Virus record (IMG/VR): IMGVR_UViG_3300022074_000057
Location: 1-53,828 of that record
Direction: 5' to 3' (one strand)
Source of the DNA: a virus
Lineage: Duplodnaviria; Caudoviricetes
Length of the DNA: 53,828 nt
The notes beneath the pieces are model-generated. The model was not told the origin of the DNA, did no database searches, and saw only the letters and a list, made by a program, of their open reading frames with translations. A program made the translations under genes and the position numbers. The number at the start of each line of letters is the position of its first letter. Position 1 is the stretch's first letter. This document shows, piece after piece, positions 47,301-53,828 of this stretch.

Positions 47301-48919
47301 AAGCACTAAGCGTTGTTAATCAAAACGTCAGGGCCGCAACGTATAAAGACCTCTTCGATCTAAGAAAATCAGGTGCTAGTTTTATGGCTGATATAGAAAA
47401 GCTAGAGTCCTTAAACCCCGTTTCTAGGGCGTTTGCCAAAATCAGAAAGAAGGTATTAGATTACTTATTAAAAGTTACAAACGCATCCGACAATGCTTTC
47501 CGAATCGCAATGTTCCACAATAACGTAGACCTACTTAAAAAGGCTAGACGCAACGGGAGAGGGTCGTTCCGAGGAGTTCCGTGTGCGGAGATGTCAGACA
47601 GCTACATTGATAAAGAGGCTGCGATGATGATGAATAAGATCACTCCAGGAGATGATTACCTTGTCCAACTAGGTAAAACTTTCTCACAAACTGATCTTAA
47701 GATTGTTCTTGGTTCGTTCTCTAGATTCAAATTTGAAACTGTTCGTTCAAATGTGAACCACCACACAGAATTCGGGGAACTTGTGAAGTCGAGTAATCCA
47801 GTGATAAAGTTTGAGGGGATCAAAAGATTAGCAGGGTTGTTGGCTTTGTATGGTGTTTCTTACGGGCCTGCTACTACCCTTTTGAGTAAATTATTTGGTA
47901 TTGACCAAGAAGAGCAGGATGCTCTGGACGAGGGTAATCCTAGCTACTACAAACGCGCCCAGATGATCAGAAAGCTCAACCGAGAAACTGGGGAAGTAAC
48001 CGACATCAACTTCACCTACATGGATGACCAGGCTCTCATTGGAAATGCTGTCAGTTATGCCATCAAACAAGTCCGCAAAGGTGAAGAAACACCTATGGAG
48101 GCGGTCACTGAGGTCTTGCAGGCTCTGGCGTTTGGGGAGTTTTTAGATCAGCAAGTATTTGCCGAAGTTGTGGCTGAAATAAAAATTAACAGAGACCCCA
48201 ATGGAGATAAGATTGTCAGAGATAGGGATACAGGTGCTGCTCGCATTGAAAAGCCAATAGAATATGCACTAAGAAGGCTTACCCCTGCCTTTATAAGAGG
48301 CTCTATAGATGGCAAAGCGGCTTACGATTCTACTGAAGGAACTAAATTAGAAAAGATGGAGGCGGCTATGAAAGTTCTTTTTGATAAAGCGTTGTGGCCT
48401 ACTAAGCCTTACACTGCGCCCATAGACGCAAGATATCGCTCCATCCTTTACAAGTATAAGAATGATAAAGAATTCGCTACTACTCTCCAAAAATCTGTCA
48501 TTGCGGAGTATATATACACTGGGCGACAAAAGCGAAAACCAACAGATGAAGAGTTAAGGGAGTTCGCTAACGACTACTACGAGGAACTCACTTATCTTTA
48601 TGATCGAACCCATAAAGTAACTGAGAGTTTCTTTACACTGGGGATGCCTACAAAGGAAATAGAGGATGCACTCAACTCTACCGGACTGATGACCCAGACA
48701 GATATTGATAATTACCTTAAAGGAAGCACCCGTGGTCAGTTGATTCTTGGGCCGCGTAATTTACCTTTGATAACGGATACGGATAGAAAAAATCTCCAAG
48801 CTATTGGTGTTATTGACCCAAGAGACGCGAATCGCCGTATTAGAATCTTGAAAGAAGCTAGGAGAAGATTTACCACTGAAGGATTTGAAGTAGGAACCTA
48901 TTACCCTGACAAAGAATAA
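38378..48919 (+). CDS. Giant 3513-aa internal virion / polyvalent protein with ADP-ribosyltransferase-like domain(s)
   Basis: FHGT...GIFFAT...LRLKNPL...GYDG...EIIVFDSNQIKS; degenerate zincin-like NEEFAH; TPEA repeats. Confidence 0.75.
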   Translation: MADTNFPSPTPEPSNDELENEGLTGSLPEDSELEPTEKTDLQEEEEKKPEKFPAPTAVEPIPSFLAWQVNIKSALGPIITEGLNDTERKVVEEHSDRLRYTIFDRLEKLERGEYQGATTENEYRDAYNQFANNFRFEVPEGVEFSEEKVQAAIQAATLEPKSEATSNRLSIIGNLDDRTIKSIAQRGAASFNQDDPQITRATANALNKYTPVNEDQEQVLQKGVDALLSGASEKDINLAAVRSDLIPFASEPYFEGGKEVGEIVSVSPVALKEFDNPSKAVKFSIENGHIRPDQALQAYTLATEKEEGGLGLTLAERTRLQELDSYVKSSVLTEKNKEPLINSLRRAANNPDSPEDKQNFRSALAGFVNTSDAAGLGFTVDPTDELFALIADNYIYERADQDLPESFKDEGDLSSNVRKDPVTGKFTIHKATIFRPDIFEKSLEDAGLSEEDKNTLRSRRKVIFNDPSFQFSDEVQHGLRFLRNEEGQSFEEYLEARGESVDLDLFDKYQEELWEKRSEKIKSGEMSREEARSYFPDTEAKSFGDLFDEFLQEAKVDKRVIYGEGMLSESTLSATEYYAYSVPLLAEQAVGLVSPKMAEKIRGGAIFKGAESQSVDLAKYDMARREAMETFGYKPGMGYDLSVGLSGLVGQLVMDYVLTRGAGVIGRKIYNKVGSKVGLPALKGAKEIAQKKILSKFADNAALKKINAAKGAAKAKAYKEAISKIGSKVKPGTAPGAMRGVVARTYLAGYSRNYAASLVAVQNSPEGQDKTLDEQREIAADAAHFQTAFEAGLTGVFSKFNLDVVESSILRGISPKGLKKYLRKDYGKINNKEFSAIVGTSIKELEKELGIARGKIPTLLLGAASEGIEEGLPSGASVIFEDFATSYLDYSELNEDVPILRIFDKYLEFGKYLASGQVDSELLKEAYETGKYDFIIGAFLGGGVSAVRGASSGLGEAVAPSKDSREAAMQGSQLLYESLSNKLSDSGSPLTAEVVANLLTSPARGRDFDGKTRAEVEDMLMKGELTMEDAVRMGLAQPTPEAASQPTTPEATPEPTPEATPETTPEATPEPTPEATPEPTPETGTTPEAGTTPEAGTTPEATPEGETDAPPELIFEPLEVDPIEQIVNQVLDSDQNSDQKASDDPSTLSSPEITPDPRLEPLSADQEVDRVVAQVDETAFPKETETPKDPKIRQQAEAVSDEANRIKQAGGKVVFVKDAEEADRVLRKARGGKGIRQDQKAKLSKESSFQANVDGSPVTFVFESKIKNKTTSALRKILKKASRDAQVSKLVGRDSVVLPSNQTINKLKIKGFDSLADSEKVSAVLDWLDSDPQNNLDPQSDKEFITYLRKLSGKAKVSATPVAANSVSSVISSKVGSPIMPPASESPALNAEQKLEAGRTKRVFNKASVEETAKQFQGEDVEAFKVFMRVLEKALEQLPSTVPLVISNKYGSAAALRQTGEVYIDPVALFQEFRGLRDIDFSNSSHQKYVSASLQRIINEEFAHIASFSSIPQNVFDEVVNGMTDADYEYIISTYFSASKKRREKSRAKLNSNNQKVVKDEKEYLVEEFLRQQYQDKEGGFTTEDSYILLKGDKRKPVRDLVIAYLKGMYRRIIKKTKSGRFLSGPERAAIAKITDEINTLRMDFKPSLPYGYTFSDSPKGAAADIEALSQMFPPQEPDVLGAPAFRDGAFRYNQIADRFEEFFPEDASIEEVAAEMEDLPAAERNFYRALSREDWLGFDYPAQAIDAILEEPDNFDLSPQVKTALGRYVNIVAGESPAQYAPAITPEQDAAYMEAVESGDVETQQRMVDEAAKKAGYDTKAFHGTRYQGDIFERRRAVRGPGIFFATDRRLAEIYAREIRGLSTGPERVVEAFLRLKNPLLETEGGTDITENAPNVMSDEQIAEAQAQGYDGRVIVDSKGLPVEIIVFDSNQIKSADPITRDANGNVIPLSERFDEREDSILYAPRISDEDALDDALYMDSVDRNDYEMAEEILERVAARYGVENPELVVRDKDGDILTPAQRFMIPPAVISPQKIARHKELEAKHDAGTITPEETAEAERIVEEAAKATGYTIKGARIGFYVDGKALPPSNGDLNFVSGYFMAEGAGAPTKATWSVTTDINQASARQNDVKIEDIEQRSELVVAKADNILQLGGRGGQRLTPEETKLVRSEIDAQHAINDKYIKTKLYRKARPKNYDYFTDRVQEIAKARGSELVDASIHFSEAALKKNKGRIPESAYEEGSPAFKKALYILMRDGLIQYDAVRGIGGRASSGEMASEFVVPNRNQIKSAEPFTGVPIDERFDRDQDSILYMASFLDDIPGGDKIKTTPTFSINPLLQTLPIPIAHTSKEFGLMRRMISKLLGVELPNKINIKGGEKGARAFLAKYFIEGDFADERIRNMMISIFRSLTTVQTRLDGFHTEMMGILKSKKYKGNLPEEIRKDFNTAIGTEDIEIDREAKEIVDEQHRLDTEAINSDNPNTFRQITPEEAESLIQQAREKNPTATDREIKVIAGNLYRGILIKEANKLQEDATNKLLKEAGRKNKIKVVKALKKLEDGGHIKLVQMVVNLRQVITEISEFLGGKDGANALSKELKIAFDITQGFYLSRSYRFFNDPTYRSNLIELLEQGKEVRGDKRKTAELEERINNAVDDFKLIKRREVEGKLLTKKLEQAQISGELTRERGQEIKKTKEFQREVEEELGDEESVAKEAMLEYLNSFGDARNYESASEGAKVIHNALKKKKDLTPGVRSLLGQYESDADAITGIRVMLQTIQTQTHMLASIMKLKNLVDLDNRLREAAIAAGEKYDPIILSNKEHRNLNALDKKKYMQLEGSLPDSNPLKGKFIREDIKAALEKSKDPMDMNRADATAKSYAGIVTFFSVLNGLTLMGVTTVSGTAFHLRNSLGTVFKGLRAGVLVKPILAWRLIYRSIAEAAVAFPGVDEKFRYVPDLINRYRKGERVTLDSLRTEHAKLEALSVVNQNVRAATYKDLFDLRKSGASFMADIEKLESLNPVSRAFAKIRKKVLDYLLKVTNASDNAFRIAMFHNNVDLLKKARRNGRGSFRGVPCAEMSDSYIDKEAAMMMNKITPGDDYLVQLGKTFSQTDLKIVLGSFSRFKFETVRSNVNHHTEFGELVKSSNPVIKFEGIKRLAGLLALYGVSYGPATTLLSKLFGIDQEEQDALDEGNPSYYKRAQMIRKLNRETGEVTDINFTYMDDQALIGNAVSYAIKQVRKGEETPMEAVTEVLQALAFGEFLDQQVFAEVVAEIKINRDPNGDKIVRDRDTGAARIEKPIEYALRRLTPAFIRGSIDGKAAYDSTEGTKLEKMEAAMKVLFDKALWPTKPYTAPIDARYRSILYKYKNDKEFATTLQKSVIAEYIYTGRQKRKPTDEELREFANDYYEELTYLYDRTHKVTESFFTLGMPTKEIEDALNSTGLMTQTDIDNYLKGSTRGQLILGPRNLPLITDTDRKNLQAIGVIDPRDANRRIRILKEARRRFTTEGFEVGTYYPDKE
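41490..41690 (+). repeat. Coding 12/24-bp repeats giving TPEA/TPEP/TPEAGT in the giant protein
   Basis: ACACCGGAAGCAACGCCAGAGCCA units. Confidence 0.9.
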
Positions 48920-48927
48920 CTCAACCA

Positions 48928-49128
48928 ATGAAGATGAAGATGAAGAAGTTCAAGCCCCACATGATGTATGATAAGTCCGGTAAAGGCTTCGAGGCCAATA
49001 CTTATGAGCAGCACTTATCGATGAAGAAAAAAGGATATGGTCACTCAAAGCCCAGCAGTAAAGCCAAGACTGCAAAGCGCGTGAATAAGCTGATTCAAAA
49101 GAAGTCCGAAAACAAGTCCGGTTACTAG
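48928..49128 (+). CDS. Small basic protein
   Basis: FKPHMMYD..G....A.TYEQHL.MKKKGYGH motif. Confidence 0.7.
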   Translation: MKMKMKKFKPHMMYDKSGKGFEANTYEQHLSMKKKGYGHSKPSSKAKTAKRVNKLIQKKSENKSGY

Positions 49129-49388
49129 ACTGGAGTCTTAGTCATCCTTAGAAGGGTCTTCTCAATCGAGGAGAATACTTCCTCGTACTCATCACTAGCG
49201 GGGTCAGTTACCGCCGCTGCGAGGGATCGTGTAAACGACTCACGGCAAGAGGGTAGGTCGATTACTGCTCCACGCACACTTGTCTTCGTGCCGTGAACAA
49301 ATGCAAGTGCAGCCCAGTTACCGTTTTCTGGGCGAGCTAGGATCTCGACGGTGTTTCCGCCGAGATCCAAAAATTCTTTCTGATTCAT
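49125..49388 (-). CDS. Hypothetical protein
   Basis: 87-aa ORF, last gene of the minus-strand block. Confidence 0.55.
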   Translation of the reverse strand: MNQKEFLDLGGNTVEILARPENGNWAALAFVHGTKTSVRGAVIDLPSCRESFTRSLAAAVTDPASDEYEEVFSSIEKTLLRMTKTPV

Positions 49389-49455
49389 CGGTCACACTCG
49401 TATATCAGGCGGAGTATTGCAACCAACACTATCAAGTTAATAATCAGATACATTT

Positions 49456-49926
49456 TTACTTCCTCCTCACCCCTAAGATTTTAGATTTGTAAAACGATAG
49501 CTGCGTTTTACATACTGCACGACTCTGGGTAGGGCGGTGAATACACTCACCTTTCCCGATGTAAATCAGGGCATGACCTGCACTTCCTGATCTACTCCCA
49601 CGCCATGTCACGACAATGTCGCCTGGGCGGATTGCCGCAACCGGAACGGGTCTACCCCACGCTAACCAGTTCCTAGCCATCGCATGGTGAGCGGGTGTGC
49701 TACCTCCCGATTCGTTAATGACTTGCCCTACCCAGTTGGCACATTGGCAGGAGTCACCGTAGCGGTAGTGTCGCCCCTCCCAGTCCTTTGCCGTTTCGAC
49801 AATGGAGGACGAGGTAAACTGACCCGCGATGAGCGGTCGAAACTTTCTCTTCTCTTGTCCTCTGGCACTAGCCATGAAAACAGCTAGACCAGATAAGAGA
49901 ATAACAATGTATATGAACTTTTTCAT
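49456..49926 (-). CDS. Exported NlpC/P60 (CHAP-like) cell-wall peptidase
   Basis: Signal peptide; QCANWV, PGDIV, GHALIY.G.G..IH. Confidence 0.8.
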   Translation of the reverse strand: MKKFIYIVILLSGLAVFMASARGQEKRKFRPLIAGQFTSSSIVETAKDWEGRHYRYGDSCQCANWVGQVINESGGSTPAHHAMARNWLAWGRPVPVAAIRPGDIVVTWRGSRSGSAGHALIYIGKGECIHRPTQSRAVCKTQLSFYKSKILGVRRK

Positions 49927-50237
49927 TTCTTTGAATGCCCCAAGTGGTTCTTAACATATTGATGGACTCCTTGCTTAGACATCCCCAGAAGATTTGCTAT
50001 CTCTTGGTAGGACATCTTCCTTCTTCGTAGTAGCCGGATTTCATCCAGCTTATTCGGTTGTCTTGGGCCGCTCTTCTGACCCTTGCGGCGACCAGGTTTT
50101 CGGATCGCCCCCGCTTTGACAAGTCGTTTTCTGAGGGTCGCGTAGCAGCAACCATAATCTTCTGCCATATCTTGAAGTCGTTCTCCTCGCTGATAGCGAG
50201 CGATGATTTGTGGTAGTGGTAAAATTACTCTCTTCAT
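49923..50237 (-). CDS. Double HTH DNA-binding protein
   Basis: LQDMAEDYGCCYATLRKRL and MSYQEIANLLGMSKQGVHQ. Confidence 0.75.
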   Translation of the reverse strand: MKRVILPLPQIIARYQRGERLQDMAEDYGCCYATLRKRLVKAGAIRKPGRRKGQKSGPRQPNKLDEIRLLRRRKMSYQEIANLLGMSKQGVHQYVKNHLGHSKK

Positions 50238-50238
50238 A

Positions 50239-50445
50239 TCAGTGGCTTTTTAAAGCATTACTCAAACGGATCTCAACATCTGCTAGAGTTGGTTGGACTT
50301 TATCTGCCATCGCAGTGCAGCCGTTCACGAATCCTAAACGGAATGCTGCAAGTTCAACAGGTTTAATTTCAACCCCGATTATCTCGTAGTTGGCCTTCAA
50401 TTTTTTGAGCGCGTCTTCGTATCGCTCGTCTATGTATTTACTCAT
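50239..50445 (-). CDS. Hypothetical protein
   Basis: 68-aa ORF. Confidence 0.6.
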   Translation of the reverse strand: MSKYIDERYEDALKKLKANYEIIGVEIKPVELAAFRLGFVNGCTAMADKVQPTLADVEIRLSNALKSH

Positions 50446-50455
50446 TTTATTTTTG

Positions 50456-50495
50456 GGTTACAGGTTACAGGTTACAGGTTACAGGTTACAGGTTA
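50456..50495. repeat. (GGTTACA)5+ heptamer repeat
   Basis: Read directly; intergenic, just after the MTase. Confidence 0.95.
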
Positions 50496-50496
50496 T

Positions 50497-51588
50497 TTAT
50501 GAGTTGAGTCTTTTTAATAGGGTTACAAAGGCTTTTGCTGCTGTAGCTGGAACTACTCCGTTTCCCAAGAGCCTAAGTCTGTCCACCCTGCTGGAAGACC
50601 CATTAGGTGTTCGACCCAATTTGGATTCAGTTTGCCCGTTGCTTTCCCGCAATGACCCGCTATGTCCTCCTCCAGATTGGCTTTGTTCCGATTGGCTAGA
50701 TGCTCTCGGTTCTCCTCCGGTATCTCGGGGTGAACCTTGTTGGCTCTTGGTGTCGGCCACGACTCTTGGCTCTTCCCACTCTTGTTGAGCTTCGCCCGGT
50801 CTGGAAGGCCAACGATTGAGGGGTGGTTCGACAGACCCTTCTGCCCGTAGTTGGGTTGATTCCCGATCTTCGATCCCTCCCCTGCTGTCGGAGTCGGCCA
50901 ACTCGTTTTGTCGTATTCGACAACTTGAGGAAGACCATCCATCCGACTCTTTCCGTCTTTGCGAATTAACGCCGCTGGAGAATAGCTTCCCTTGTAATCT
51001 CTCGCTGCTGGAGTCGGCCAACCCTTCGCATTGCTGTCTATCGGAGTAGCCCAAGATAAAGACTCGCTTTCTCTGGTGAGGTGCGCCGACTTCACGCGCT
51101 GAGAATATTCCTGCCGTTGCTCTGTAACCCAATCCTTCCAACTCTCCGAGGACATATTGGAGAACTGACTCTCCGTCTGAGGTTTTACTTGAGATAATTC
51201 CTTCAACATTTTCGAGGAAAACAATTCTAGGTTTACACTCTCTGATTCCGTCTCTGATGAAAGGGAACAGATGTCTTGGGTCTTCAGTTCCTCGACGCAC
51301 CCCCGCATTTGAAAATGGTTGGCAAGGGAAGCCGCCGCTGAGTATACATACTTTTCCACGAAACTTTCGGTATGGGAAGGTTTTAACGTCCGTGAACACA
51401 GGTGCTGCATCCAGTTCTCCCGCTTCCATCTTTGCAACCAGATTCGCGACTGCGAATCCTTCCCTCTCCACGTAAGCGATCTCTCGCAGATTTGGGAGAA
51501 CTCTTCGGAGTCCAAGTCCAACGCCTTCGTATCCAGAGCAGAGGCTAAGGTGTGTAATTGTTTCGGTAGTATTATCATAATGGTTCAT
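50497..51588 (-). CDS. C5 cytosine DNA methyltransferase, main (alpha) polypeptide
   Basis: Motif I LSLCSG.EG, IV GFPCQPFS, VI ENV, VIII HQRKR, X RLRLLGNGVVP; no motif IX apparent. Confidence 0.92.
   Translation of the reverse strand: MNHYDNTTETITHLSLCSGYEGVGLGLRRVLPNLREIAYVEREGFAVANLVAKMEAGELDAAPVFTDVKTFPYRKFRGKVCILSGGFPCQPFSNAGVRRGTEDPRHLFPFIRDGIRECKPRIVFLENVEGIISSKTSDGESVLQYVLGELEGLGYRATAGIFSAREVGAPHQRKRVFILGYSDRQQCEGLADSSSERLQGKLFSSGVNSQRRKESDGWSSSSCRIRQNELADSDSRGGIEDRESTQLRAEGSVEPPLNRWPSRPGEAQQEWEEPRVVADTKSQQGSPRDTGGEPRASSQSEQSQSGGGHSGSLRESNGQTESKLGRTPNGSSSRVDRLRLLGNGVVPATAAKAFVTLLKRLNS
50553..51578 (-). CDS. Nested +1-frame ORF, probable MTase beta polypeptide
   Basis: WPTP repeats and LNPNWVEHLMGLPAGWTD (motif IX-like). 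Confidence 0.65.
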   Translation of the reverse strand: MIILPKQLHTLASALDTKALDLDSEEFSQICERSLTWRGKDSQSRIWLQRWKRENWMQHLCSRTLKPSHTESFVEKYVYSAAASLANHFQMRGCVEELKTQDICSLSSETESESVNLELFSSKMLKELSQVKPQTESQFSNMSSESWKDWVTEQRQEYSQRVKSAHLTRESESLSWATPIDSNAKGWPTPAARDYKGSYSPAALIRKDGKSRMDGLPQVVEYDKTSWPTPTAGEGSKIGNQPNYGQKGLSNHPSIVGLPDRAKLNKSGKSQESWPTPRANKVHPEIPEENREHLANRNKANLEEDIAGHCGKATGKLNPNWVEHLMGLPAGWTDLGSWETE

Positions 51589-51650
51589 TTTGTTAGGTAT
51601 TTAAGGTTATTCTTCGCTGATGCGATATTGTTTTCTGGCGTGTTTTTCAT
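51585..51650 (-). CDS. 21-aa peptide overlapping both neighbours (not in the ORF track)
   Basis: ATGA overlaps at both ends. Confidence 0.3.
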   Translation of the reverse strand: MKNTPENNIASAKNNLKYLTK

Positions 51651-52030
51651 TTCTTAAACATCCTCTCGTATTCAATCTGATCAGTTATACGACAATCAAT
51701 CTCACTGTTCACAATCCAAACTTCGGAGTAATCAGTAATCCACTGATCAACTTTTTTAACCAATTCTGGGCAATCAATGTCAGTGTAATCGACTAGGTTT
51801 TGAGTCCCACCTCCGATATGCATCGTGGCTTTTACGGTGGGTTTTGATTCAACGCAAGCGTCCCCGAAGTAAAATTCTACGCAATGTCCGCCCCAATATA
51901 ATGGGAAATCGGCCCACGTTTTACCGGCGACTTTACGGGTGTTTAAATTCGTCCGGACGAATTCATCCAATTCTCCCGCCAAAACTTCAGCTTTGGATCT
52001 AGCTTCTCTTCGTTTTTCTAAATAAGTCAT
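51647..52030 (-). CDS. Hypothetical early protein
   Basis: ATGA overlap start at 52030. Confidence 0.65.
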   Translation of the reverse strand: MTYLEKRREARSKAEVLAGELDEFVRTNLNTRKVAGKTWADFPLYWGGHCVEFYFGDACVESKPTVKATMHIGGGTQNLVDYTDIDCPELVKKVDQWITDYSEVWIVNSEIDCRITDQIEYERMFKK

Positions 52031-52383
52031 GCGGGTGATTCTCCTTTTTGGGTTCCGTTCCACCACTGAGTTACAGTGGCTTGGTGTTCGTCCCCGTCAT
52101 TGCCGAGGTAGATCAATTGGTGTTTACATCCTTTCTTCATCCAGCAGGGGGTGCTTGAAAAGAATGGGTGTTCACTGTCGAGAGCCGGTGTGATCTCAAG
52201 TCGCCACTGCACCTCTGGAAACTCCTCGTTGTCGAACTCATCAGGTTCCAAGAGGAGTCTGGTGGATTCCCAACCGTCGAGGTCTACTGCCATTCCGGTA
52301 GAAGCGTAGATGGGGCGCGTGAATCGGCAACCCGATTCGGTTTCAAAGAACAATTTATTTTTGGTTTTATTTACCAGTTTCAT
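52027..52383 (-). CDS. Hypothetical early protein
   Basis: 118-aa ORF. Confidence 0.65.
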   Translation of the reverse strand: MKLVNKTKNKLFFETESGCRFTRPIYASTGMAVDLDGWESTRLLLEPDEFDNEEFPEVQWRLEITPALDSEHPFFSSTPCWMKKGCKHQLIYLGNDGDEHQATVTQWWNGTQKGESPA

Positions 52384-52384
52384 T

Positions 52385-52606
52385 TTACAGGGTTCGGGGT
52401 TGGGGGGTTATAGGGCGGTATAGCATCGCAGCCACTTCTGCAACGGAGTCCCCCCACACGTTCCAATCGTTTAAACATGAGCGTAGACTAGCATGACCGT
52501 CTGCTTTAGCGAGATCGCAAAGGTCGTGGTGACCTTCAATATCGGAGTCGCTGAGTTCATAGCAGGGTGTTTGATCTGACAGCAGGTGAGTGTAGTTAGT
52601 TTTCAT
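52385..52606 (-). CDS. Hypothetical early protein
   Basis: 73-aa ORF. Confidence 0.6.
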   Translation of the reverse strand: MKTNYTHLLSDQTPCYELSDSDIEGHHDLCDLAKADGHASLRSCLNDWNVWGDSVAEVAAMLYRPITPQPRTL

Positions 52607-52704
52607 TTTACAGTATTCAGTTTAGTCACAATAGACCAATAAGTTTTCTTAATTGAGAATATGTTTTTAGATAAAGGGTTGGGTGATATATTATTTTTTA
52701 ATTC

Positions 52705-53265
52705 TTATGACAACGCGAGACTTTGATCTTCTACGCCCATAGCCTTTAAGATGTCGCTAATTGTAAAGGTCTTTTTTGCAAGCTGCTCATTCAAGCACTC
52801 CGTAACCACTTTGTTTTGCTGCTCAAGGCGATCAATCGCAGCACCGTTGTTGTATGGAATTTTGAAAACATTCCAACAACCGTCTGCATAATCTTTACCC
52901 TTTAATCGCACAAAAGTGCGGCCTCGCATCTGAGACTTCTGATAAGCTAAGTCATCTAATTGTCCGGCAAGTTCCGCTAAAAACCAATTGAGCGAAACAT
53001 CAAGCGTGATTGTCCTACCTCCAATTTCACTGCTAGACGAAAACTGTTTGACCAATGCACTTAGCTCACTAATCGCATCATTTTTGCTGTCAGTCTCAAC
53101 TTCATAATAATCAACGCCGCCGCCATGTCCGCGACTACATAACTCGGCAACATAAACTTTGCCGATGTATAGTTTCCCCGTGAAGGCGAGCGTTTCTTCC
53201 GACAAGTGATGAGCCACTTTGAATGACTTGATCCTCACTTCTGTTTCAATGTTAATTTTTTCCAT
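52705..53265 (-). CDS. Hypothetical early protein
   Basis: LSEETLAF...YIG......GHGG motif. Confidence 0.7.
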   Translation of the reverse strand: MEKINIETEVRIKSFKVAHHLSEETLAFTGKLYIGKVYVAELCSRGHGGGVDYYEVETDSKNDAISELSALVKQFSSSSEIGGRTITLDVSLNWFLAELAGQLDDLAYQKSQMRGRTFVRLKGKDYADGCWNVFKIPYNNGAAIDRLEQQNKVVTECLNEQLAKKTFTISDILKAMGVEDQSLALS

Positions 53266-53269
53266 AGTT

Positions 53270-53593
53270 CTAATTCCTTTCAAATGCCTTTACCTCCGCG
53301 ACAGCTTCCGCCATCGTTGAAAATGCTTTAATATCTTGTGTCTCTCCGAGTGACACAGAGAACGAACTGATCAGTCCTTTGTCCTCATCTGTCTTTTCCG
53401 AGTTAGGAATCCATATTTGGATGAAATCTGAGAAGCCATCTACAGATTGGACTTTACTTATTGAAGGTAGCTCGTCGTGGCGGTAGCTACTGTCCCGCCA
53501 ATCATACCCAAGTATCTCTAATAGCTCCGATTTTAACGGAGCAGAAAAATCTGTGTGGGCTTCGTTTGTTTCTTGTGATGTCTTTTTAATCAT
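53270..53593 (-). CDS. Hypothetical early protein
   Basis: WRDSSYRHDELPS motif. Confidence 0.65.
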   Translation of the reverse strand: MIKKTSQETNEAHTDFSAPLKSELLEILGYDWRDSSYRHDELPSISKVQSVDGFSDFIQIWIPNSEKTDEDKGLISSFSVSLGETQDIKAFSTMAEAVAEVKAFERN

Positions 53594-53743
53594 AGGGCGA
53601 AACAATTATTTATTTTATACAAATGGTCAACTTAAAAATGTAAACTCTATTTTTTAAACTATCATAACCCCTTCCAGGCCAGGGTGTTATGGCTCGAAAT
53701 AAAATGTTCGGGGATCAGGGATCAGGGTTGGGGATCGGGGTTC

Positions 53744-53828
53744 GTGCGTGCGTGAGTGCGTGCGTGAGTGCGTGCGTGAGTGCGTGCGTGAGTGCGTGCG
53801 TGAGTGCGTGCGTGAGTGAGTGCGTGCG
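53744..53828. repeat. (GTGCGTGCGTGA)n 12-mer repeat, ~7 copies, running off the right end; preceded by GGGATCA/GGGTTCG heptamers
   Basis: Read directly. Confidence 0.97.

Overview
The window looks like a near-complete ~54 kb genome of a tailed dsDNA phage, probably podovirus-like: no tape measure or tail tube gene is evident, and there is a giant internal-virion protein. Both ends break in different simple tandem repeats. The layout is: minus-strand early genes at both ends (amidoligase, GATase-GGCT fusion, dual-frame C5 methyltransferase, NlpC/P60); a plus-strand head/tail/lysis block (portal, scaffold, major capsid, adaptor, holin, spanins, amidase); a minus-strand replication block (primase-helicase, PolA, SSB, split Cas4-like nuclease, SF2 helicase, beta clamp, RuvC, probable TerS); then TerL and a second virion block ending in a 3513-aa polyvalent protein. 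The strongest candidate for a new system is at 11.6-18.5 kb. Four virion-region genes carry long poly-serine tracts, each built from a different DNA repeat, and they are interleaved with a GT9-like glycosyltransferase, two sulfotransferase-like genes and a SAM methyltransferase. This suggests a phage-encoded system that coats the virion in sulfated/methylated glycan on poly-Ser scaffolds (inference). Other notable items are two split genes, a duplicated nested palindrome upstream of both late blocks, and a tandem covarying RNA-like motif upstream of the capsid gene. All assignments come from reading motifs by eye; no database searches were run.
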